The notes under the pieces: model-generated
What the model was told of the DNA's origin: nothing
The model's database searches: none
Seen by the model: only the letters and a program-made list of their open reading frames with translations
In this document: positions 58,026 through 64,000 of the stretch, in pieces
Layout: the number at the start of each line of letters is the position of its first letter
How positions within the stretch are numbered: position 1 is the first letter of the stretch
From: a virus
Taxonomy: Duplodnaviria; Caudoviricetes
IMG/VR virus record: IMGVR_UViG_2675903375_000003
Span: 1 to 64,000 of that record
Reading direction: 5' to 3' (one strand)
Length of the DNA stretch: 64,000 nucleotides
Program-made: the position numbers and the translations under genes

Positions 58026-58349
58026 ATGACCCATGCCCCGAACCGCACCGAAGCCGACTACACCGCCCTCACCCACGCGGACCAGGCCAAGTTCGACCAC
58101 CTCATGGACCTCGCCGACGACACCGCCGACCACGGCGAATTCACGGCCCTCATGCTCGCCGCCGCCTACGTCACCGGACTCGACATCCCCTACGGCGCCG
58201 AGATCCGCAAGTGCGGCTGCTCCTGCTACTGCGGCACCGTCTTCAACCCCGCCGACCCCGACGCCCACGTCATCGAGGAGACCGGCGGCTACAACCTCGG
58301 CCGCGTCCAGTGCCCCACCTGCGCCGACACCCACCGCGAAACCGCCTGA
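58026..58349 (+). CDS. Cys-rich hypothetical protein
   Basis: CGCSCYCG...CPTC. Confidence 0.55.
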   Translation: MTHAPNRTEADYTALTHADQAKFDHLMDLADDTADHGEFTALMLAAAYVTGLDIPYGAEIRKCGCSCYCGTVFNPADPDAHVIEETGGYNLGRVQCPTCADTHRETA

Positions 58350-58906
58350 TGGCAACCCAGAACGGAACCACACCGATGGCCACCGACCCCACCAAGCACC
58401 TCCTCGGCTACGGCCGACGAGACGCCGCAACAGGCATGCTGCACGGCCACATCCGCTGGCCCCACGGAACCACGCCCAACCCCTACGGCTGCCGCTGGTG
58501 CGGCGACGACCAGAACAGCCACGGTCGCCAGTGGACGGCCGGACACGGAATGCACAGCTGGCAGAAGCCCACCGAGGCGCAGATCAAGGCCCGCATGCTG
58601 GCGCGCCGGAACGCCAGGAAGGCGGTGTGCCGGTGCCCGCAGGACGACGACATGCCGCGTCCGTTCGCGCCGGTGGTGGACCCGTACTCGTGCGAGGCCG
58701 CCGACTGTCACGGCTCCTTCTCGGAGCTGAGCCCGTTCGGGGGAGGCCCGGTCCACGGGCACGACGCCAAGGTGTCCCGCACCTGCGGCCAGTGCGGCTA
58801 CCGGACGTCGGTCTGGCACGTCAACGACGGATCAGCGGAGGAAGAACTCCACCGCCACATCACCCGCGTCCACAACTCCCACCCCGTCGACCAGACCGCC
58901 GCCTGA
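58349..58906 (+). CDS. Hypothetical protein with several Cys/His clusters
   Basis: CRWCG..H..H, IKARMLARR, CGQC..H..H. Confidence 0.55.
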   Translation: MATQNGTTPMATDPTKHLLGYGRRDAATGMLHGHIRWPHGTTPNPYGCRWCGDDQNSHGRQWTAGHGMHSWQKPTEAQIKARMLARRNARKAVCRCPQDDDMPRPFAPVVDPYSCEAADCHGSFSELSPFGGGPVHGHDAKVSRTCGQCGYRTSVWHVNDGSAEEELHRHITRVHNSHPVDQTAA

Positions 58907-58981
58907 CCCACACCAGGCTCCCCGGCCGCGCACGACACCGCCTCTGCGCGGTCGGGTGAACAACCCCGCCAGGAGACCCTC

Positions 58982-59419
58982 ATGCGCAGCACCACCCACA
59001 CCCTCCGCCTCGCCGCCCACATCATCACCCACCGCGGCCTCCACACCGACGACCAGTTCGCCGACCGCCTCACCCGCCGCGTCGACATCTGCGCCGCCAT
59101 CTACCTCGCCACCCAGCCCTACCAGCGGCCGGAACGCCTCAACATCCCGGCCGAGTTCTTCACCGACGAAGGACACGCCATCACCCTCATCGAGGCCAAC
59201 CCCCAGGCCATGCAGGCGATCCGCGCCGTGTCCGCCGCCATCACCAACTACCTGGTGCCCGACACCGACGGCCAGCCCGACGTCATCGAACACGTCTCCA
59301 ACTGGGTCCGCACCCCGCCCATCGGCTGCACCCAGCCCCCCAGCCTCTCCGAAGTCATCGGCTGCATCCTCCGCGCCGCCCGCAACGCCACCAGCACCCC
59401 CCACCCGAACGCCGCCTGA
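58982..59419 (+). CDS. Hypothetical protein, DUF6197-like
   Basis: L..AA.II..RGLH...DICAAI...W...EVI..LRAA. Confidence 0.55.
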   Translation: MRSTTHTLRLAAHIITHRGLHTDDQFADRLTRRVDICAAIYLATQPYQRPERLNIPAEFFTDEGHAITLIEANPQAMQAIRAVSAAITNYLVPDTDGQPDVIEHVSNWVRTPPIGCTQPPSLSEVIGCILRAARNATSTPHPNAA

Positions 59420-59434
59420 AAGGCCCCCACCACC

Positions 59435-59680
59435 ATGACGATCCAGACCCTCGCCCCCGCCAACGACAGCCGCGGCGACAACAACTCCTACGACGCCGGC
59501 TACTTCGACGGCGAACTCGACGCCATCAGCAAGCTCCCCGCCGCGCTCGCCAACAACCGCGCCTCCATGGCCGACCCCTACGACCCCATCTGGGCGCAGG
59601 GCTACGCCGACGGCTACCTCAACCAGATCCAGGTCACCTACGCCCTCGCCGAGCCCGGCGGCCAAGCCCTCGGCGACTGA
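59435..59680 (+). CDS. Hypothetical protein
   Basis: YDAGYFDG and GYADGY motifs. Confidence 0.55.
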   Translation: MTIQTLAPANDSRGDNNSYDAGYFDGELDAISKLPAALANNRASMADPYDPIWAQGYADGYLNQIQVTYALAEPGGQALGD

Positions 59681-59763
59681 CGCCAGACACCCCCCACCCC
59701 GTCATCACCAGCACCGGAGCAGCACCGCACCACACCACCCGAACCGCAGGACGGAGACCGGCC

Positions 59764-60381
59764 ATGGCCCGGACCACCACCAGCAGCGCCCGCAAGACGC
59801 CCGCGAAGAAGACACCCGCCGCCCGCAAGGCCACGGCCAAGAAGCCGCCCGCCGCCAAGCCGACCACGAAGGCCCAGGGCACGGCCGTCGACACCCGGCC
59901 CCTGCTCCCGGTACGGCGACGCGTCTTCGTCGGCCCCATGGGCGCCCACGAGCAAGCCGCCATACGCGCCGCCCTCGCCTCCGCCGCCGCCCGCCTCCCC
60001 ATCCCCGTCCGCGCCTGGAACGGCCCCACCGCCCACCTCACCGACGGCACCGTCCTCACCCACACCCCCCACCACGCCACCACCGACCAGACCCCCCAGT
60101 TCATCGCCCACATCCCCTGCCGCCACGGCGCCACCCACCAGCACCTCATCCACACCGCCCGCGACCTCGCCGCAGCCCGCACCGCCACCAACCGCTGCGA
60201 CGGACTCCACGGCACCACACAGCCGAAGCCGCCCGCGATCCTCCAGCTCCGCGAGGGCATCCAGCGGGCCACCGCCTCCGCCGCCGACACCCAGCCCCTG
60301 TCCCGCGACGACATCGACGCCGGCCTCAACGCCCGCACCGCGGGCGACCCGGAACGCCCGAAGGAGCACCCCCAGCCGTGA
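59764..60381 (+). CDS. Hypothetical protein with histone-like AKK-rich N-terminus
   Basis: ARKTPAKKTPAARKATAKKPPAAK. Confidence 0.55.
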   Translation: MARTTTSSARKTPAKKTPAARKATAKKPPAAKPTTKAQGTAVDTRPLLPVRRRVFVGPMGAHEQAAIRAALASAAARLPIPVRAWNGPTAHLTDGTVLTHTPHHATTDQTPQFIAHIPCRHGATHQHLIHTARDLAAARTATNRCDGLHGTTQPKPPAILQLREGIQRATASAADTQPLSRDDIDAGLNARTAGDPERPKEHPQP

Positions 60382-60782
60382 CCGACAACCCGATCCCCAA
60401 CTGGTACCGCGCCGTCACCGAACGGGCCGCCAAGGAAGCCCCCACCGTGCCGGAAGCCACCGCACTGGCCACCGACTACTCCGTCAGCTGCGTCCCCGAG
60501 AACTGCGTCGACGCGTTCATCTTCAGCATCCGGGTGCAGTACCGGGGCTCGGGCCGCTACGCCGTCATCCGCGGCGGCGACATGTGCCTCGGGTCCGACG
60601 GCACCTGGGACCACGGAGTCAAGGAGTACGACCGCGGCCAGGCGTGGCTCGACCACCACCGCTTCGACCTCGACACCGCGCTCCGCCTCGCCAAGGAACA
60701 GGCGGCGCTGGTGACCGTCAACGGCCACACCGTGAGCGACGTGCTCGCCATCCAGAAGAACCGGGAGGAGAACCGTGGCTGA
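60378..60782 (+). CDS. Hypothetical protein
   Basis: Coupled ORF with AAGGAG RBS. Confidence 0.6.
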   Translation: MTDNPIPNWYRAVTERAAKEAPTVPEATALATDYSVSCVPENCVDAFIFSIRVQYRGSGRYAVIRGGDMCLGSDGTWDHGVKEYDRGQAWLDHHRFDLDTALRLAKEQAALVTVNGHTVSDVLAIQKNREENRG

Positions 60783-61179
60783 GCACACCCCCGGCTATGT
60801 GGCCGCCCTCGCCGCCGCCCTCCACCAGGCCAACGTCGACGCCCTCCTCGCCGCACAGAACGGCGACAACCAGCTCGGCACCGCCCTCCGCCACCACCCC
60901 GGCTTCCGCACCTGGAACGGCGACCTCCTCCAAATCGGCCACATCCCCCTCACCCCCTTCGCCATCGAATGCAACGTCCTCCTCCCCGACCACCAGTACG
61001 TCGACCAGGCCCACCACGAACACGTCCGCCTCACCCCCCTCGAACCACCCCCCGGCTACACCCGCGGCAACCGGGACTGGCGCGGCTGGATCTTCTGCCG
61101 AGCCGACGCCGACGGAGCCGTCCCCATCACCATCGCCGTCACCCAAACCCGACCCGACGACGAACAGGACACCCCGTGA
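60775..61179 (+). CDS. Hypothetical protein
   Basis: Overlapping ORF with GGAGG RBS. Confidence 0.55.
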   Translation: MAEHTPGYVAALAAALHQANVDALLAAQNGDNQLGTALRHHPGFRTWNGDLLQIGHIPLTPFAIECNVLLPDHQYVDQAHHEHVRLTPLEPPPGYTRGNRDWRGWIFCRADADGAVPITIAVTQTRPDDEQDTP

Positions 61180-61724
61180 CCACCACCGCCCCCGAGCCGA
61201 GCACCCAGCGGGAACTCCGACTCACCATCGTCGTCCACGGAAGGCCCGCACCCCAGGGCAGCAAGAAGTACGCCGGCCACCGCCGCAACAGCGCCTCCGG
61301 CCGCATCAGCGCCGTCCTCGTCGAACAGGTCAAAGGCGTCAGGCCATGGCGCCAGCAAGTACACGCCGCAGCCCTATCCGCCATCCGCCAGTTCGACAAC
61401 TGGCGCCCCCTGGACGGCCCCCTCGCCGCCGACATGGTGTTCACGGTCCGCGCCAAACCCGCCAGCCGACCCGTCTGGTGGCCCCGCGGCACCCGCTGGT
61501 TCAAGCACCTCCACTGGCGCCCCGCATCCGCCCCCGACCTCTCCAAGCTCCTGCGATCCACCGAAGACGCCCTCACCACAGCCCAGGCATGGAAAGACGA
61601 CGCACGAGTCGTCGAGTACGGCCACCTCGCCAAGTACTACGCCGGCGACCCCAGCCACCCCGACGTCCTACCCGAACCCGGCGCCATCATCCGCCTCTAC
61701 ACCCTTCCCGGAGCAGCAGCATGA
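61176..61724 (+). CDS. rusA: RusA-family Holliday junction resolvase
   Basis: GRPAPQGSK and PDLSKLLRSTEDAL....WKDDARVV motifs. Confidence 0.85.
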   Translation: MTTTAPEPSTQRELRLTIVVHGRPAPQGSKKYAGHRRNSASGRISAVLVEQVKGVRPWRQQVHAAALSAIRQFDNWRPLDGPLAADMVFTVRAKPASRPVWWPRGTRWFKHLHWRPASAPDLSKLLRSTEDALTTAQAWKDDARVVEYGHLAKYYAGDPSHPDVLPEPGAIIRLYTLPGAAA

Positions 61725-62218
61725 CCACCACGACCAGCCGCGATAGGAAGCCCGCCGCGCCCCGCCGCCCCGAAGGCGCCCTGGCCGTCCGGGAACCGGC
61801 TGCCACCACCGCCTGGAAGTCCCGAGGCGCCTGCCGCACCCACCACGATCCCGACCTGTGGTACCCCGAAGGGCAGTCCAGCCCCTTCCGCTGGCAGATC
61901 GCGGAAGCCAAGGAGATCTGCAACACCGAGTGCCCCGTCCGGCAGACGTGCCTGGAATGGGCGCTGGAGCACCGGCAGGACACCGGCATCTGGGGCGGCA
62001 TGTCGGAGCTGGAGCGGAGTGCTTTGCACGGGCGCCGTCGGCCGGGTGGGCATGCCAGTGCCGTGGACGGCATCCTCACCCGGCGCCTTCCGGAGTTTCT
62101 CCAGCTGCAGGAGCAGGGCTTGTCGCCGTGGGGTATCGCTCAGGCGCTGGGGACGAGCGTGGCCACCGTGAACAGGGTCATCGCCCGACTCGCCCAGGAG
62201 CAGGAGACGGCGGCATGA
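61721..62218 (+). CDS. WhiB-family regulator with C-terminal HTH
   Basis: WKSRGAC..DPDLWYP..C...CPVRQTC..GIWGG; IAQALGTS.ATV. Confidence 0.88.
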   Translation: MTTTTSRDRKPAAPRRPEGALAVREPAATTAWKSRGACRTHHDPDLWYPEGQSSPFRWQIAEAKEICNTECPVRQTCLEWALEHRQDTGIWGGMSELERSALHGRRRPGGHASAVDGILTRRLPEFLQLQEQGLSPWGIAQALGTSVATVNRVIARLAQEQETAA

Positions 62219-63141
62219 GCCGAAGGACGCCCTCCCAGCAGGCCGCCGCCACGCACATGCAGGCCCGTCGGCGACGGCTCAAGGCCCTGGGGCAGTGGCA
62301 GCCGTACGTGGACGCCGGCCCGGCCCGCGAGCACCTGAAGAAGATCAACGCCACGGGCATGCCGGTAGCTGCGGTCTGTGAACGGCTGGGCCTCCCGCAC
62401 GCGTCTTCTCTGCAGCCGCTGCTGTGGGGGCGCGGATCGTACGGGCCTGCGCAGAAGGTACGGCGGGAGACAGCAGAGCTGGTTCTGTCGTACTGGCCGC
62501 GGCTGGAGGACTTCCCGGACTCGGCGTTGATCGACGCGACGGGAACCCGCCGTAGGGTGCAGGCGCTGGCGGTCCGGGGCTGGTCTCGGAACTGGATAGG
62601 CCAGCAGGTCGGGATGCGGCCGGAGCACTTCCGTAAGGCCATCACCCGAGACCGCGTCACGGCGGCTCTGGCCCGCAGTGTGGCCGCTGTGTACGACGCG
62701 CGTTGGAACCAGGACCCGACCGACCACGGCATCTCCCTGAACGCCGCCTCCCGGGTACGGGCCGACGCTGCACGGTCGGGTTGCCACTCGGCTCTGGCGT
62801 GGGACGACGACACGATCGACGACCCGAGCGCGGTGCCGCTCACGGACGCCTGCGAGCCGGCCGCCACAGAGGGCGGGAACCTGGCCGCGCGGTGGCTGAT
62901 GGGCGAGTCCGTGATCCTCGACCTTCAGGCGAGGAAGGAAGTCCTGGCCCACCTGTATGAGTGGACGAACGACACTCCGCAGGAGATCGCCGACAAGCTC
63001 GGCATGACGTTCGCCGCGGCCGACCGGGCGTGGGAGCGGATGAAGGAGAAGGCCGCCCGTGATGGCCGGCGCCTGTGGCGGCGGGTGTATGTGGCGCGTG
63101 ACCGGGACCTGAAGAAGAACGAGATGGAGGAGGCGGCCTGA
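62215..63141 (+). CDS. Multi-HTH phage protein
   Basis: [25 protein letters not shown] and [10 protein letters not shown] motifs; terminal EIADKLG HTH. Confidence 0.65.
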   Translation: MSRRTPSQQAAATHMQARRRRLKALGQWQPYVDAGPAREHLKKINATGMPVAAVCERLGLPHASSLQPLLWGRGSYGPAQKVRRETAELVLSYWPRLEDFPDSALIDATGTRRRVQALAVRGWSRNWIGQQVGMRPEHFRKAITRDRVTAALARSVAAVYDARWNQDPTDHGISLNAASRVRADAARSGCHSALAWDDDTIDDPSAVPLTDACEPAATEGGNLAARWLMGESVILDLQARKEVLAHLYEWTNDTPQEIADKLGMTFAAADRAWERMKEKAARDGRRLWRRVYVARDRDLKKNEMEEAA

Positions 63142-63644
63142 TGGCTGGCGAGACGCTGTTGACGATCGTCGGGAATCTCGTTGACGATCCCGAGCTCAGG
63201 TTCACTCCGAACGGGGCTGCGGTGGCGAAGTTCCGTGTCGCGTCGACGCCGCGGTCGTACAACCGGGACACGCAGGGGTGGGAGGACGGCGAGAGCCTGT
63301 TCCTGTCCTGCTCGGTGTGGCGGCAGGCTGCGGAGAACTGTGCGGAGACGCTGTCGAAGGGGATGCGGGTCATCGTGCAGGGCCGGTTGAGGCAGCGGTC
63401 GTATGAGGACCGTGAGGGGGTGAAGCGGACGGTGTATGAGATCGATGTGGAGGAGATCGGCCCGTCGCTGCGGAACGCGACGGCGCGGGTGACGAAGGCC
63501 GGTTCGGGTGGGGGGAAGGAGGCGTATCAGCAGGCGCGGCAGGCGTCGTCGCGGGAGGGGTTGGAGGATCCGTGGGGTGCGTCGCCGGCTGGGCAGGGTG
63601 GCGTGTCGGCTGGCGGGTGGGATGGGGGTGAGCCTCCGTTCTGA
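63141..63644 (+). CDS. ssb: Single-stranded DNA-binding protein
   Basis: [17 protein letters not shown] fold; C-terminal EPPF. Confidence 0.95.
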   Translation: MAGETLLTIVGNLVDDPELRFTPNGAAVAKFRVASTPRSYNRDTQGWEDGESLFLSCSVWRQAAENCAETLSKGMRVIVQGRLRQRSYEDREGVKRTVYEIDVEEIGPSLRNATARVTKAGSGGGKEAYQQARQASSREGLEDPWGASPAGQGGVSAGGWDGGEPPF

Positions 63645-63726
63645 TGTGGGGGTGGGTTGAGGGGTGTGGGGTCTGGCCTGGTGGTCGGGCCCCTTTCCCG
63701 TCTCCGCGCATCATCCGCGTGGAGAT

Positions 63727-63756
63727 ATTGCGCACGCAATGCGTGAAGGGTAGTCT
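63727..63756 (+). promoter_or_regulatory. Operator ATTGCGCACGCAAT and promoter TTGCGC-N17-TAGTCT
   Basis: Exact palindrome arms; canonical -35/-10 spacing. Confidence 0.75.
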
Positions 63757-63798
63757 GGTGGAGCCGACAACGCACAACCCACCCCCAGGGGGACACCC

Positions 63799-64000
63799 GT
63801 GCTCGACAACCTCGGATTCCACACCAACCGCGACTACCAGGCCGAACTCGACTCCCTGAACCAGCAGATCAACGCCACCACGGGACGCATCCAGATCGGC
63901 CTGTTCCACAGCCCCGAGGACGAGGCGAACACCCACAGCCAGCTCACCACCCTCCAGACCCACGCCCGGATCCTGGCCCGCGAGGCCGCCATGGAGAACC
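63799..64000 (+). CDS. Hypothetical protein, truncated by the window end
   Basis: AGGGGG RBS then GTG; frame open to the end. Confidence 0.5.
   Translation, partial: MLDNLGFHTNRDYQAELDSLNQQINATTGRIQIGLFHSPEDEANTHSQLTTLQTHARILAREAAMEN

Larger units (their letters stand above)
1..64000. mobile_element. Conjugative plasmid-prophage (siphovirus phage-plasmid), probably Streptomyces; extends beyond both window ends
   Basis: Full virion gene set together with ParA, a Rep-like protein, a Cre-like recombinase and an FtsK/TraB-like translocase; no host genes or att junction seen. Confidence 0.85.

Overview
High-GC actinobacterial DNA, most likely Streptomyces, with no recognisable host housekeeping genes. 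The whole window reads as one large temperate siphovirus that is also a plasmid (a phage-plasmid). In order it carries: a Streptomyces-type conjugation block ending in an FtsK/TraB-like translocase (1-6.0 kb); an apparently complete packaging, head and tail module with a -1 frameshifted tail chaperone (6.3-29.7 kb); a lysis region with a papain-like protease, an amidase/LysM endolysin and membrane proteins, then a collagen-like fibre (29.8-34.7 kb); an accessory region with a Cre-like recombinase, GNAT, PIN, a degenerate recombinase and several apparently leaderless small genes (34.7-41.6 kb); a divergent stand-alone WYL / four-repeat ribbon-helix-helix (RHH) gene pair; a Sak4-like ATPase, two C5 methyltransferases, WhiB, a Rep-like protein and DciA; an RHH-ParA with a non-canonical partner and a palindromic centromere candidate; and an early operon with RusA, WhiB and SSB. 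The most notable signal is a 14-bp palindrome, ATTGCG-N2-CGCAAT, found three times exactly and once with one mismatch. The exact copies overlap -35 boxes of sigma70-type promoters, including a bidirectional one between the WYL and tetra-RHH genes, which suggests a genetic switch without a CI repressor. All protein calls come from motif reading by eye, not database searches.
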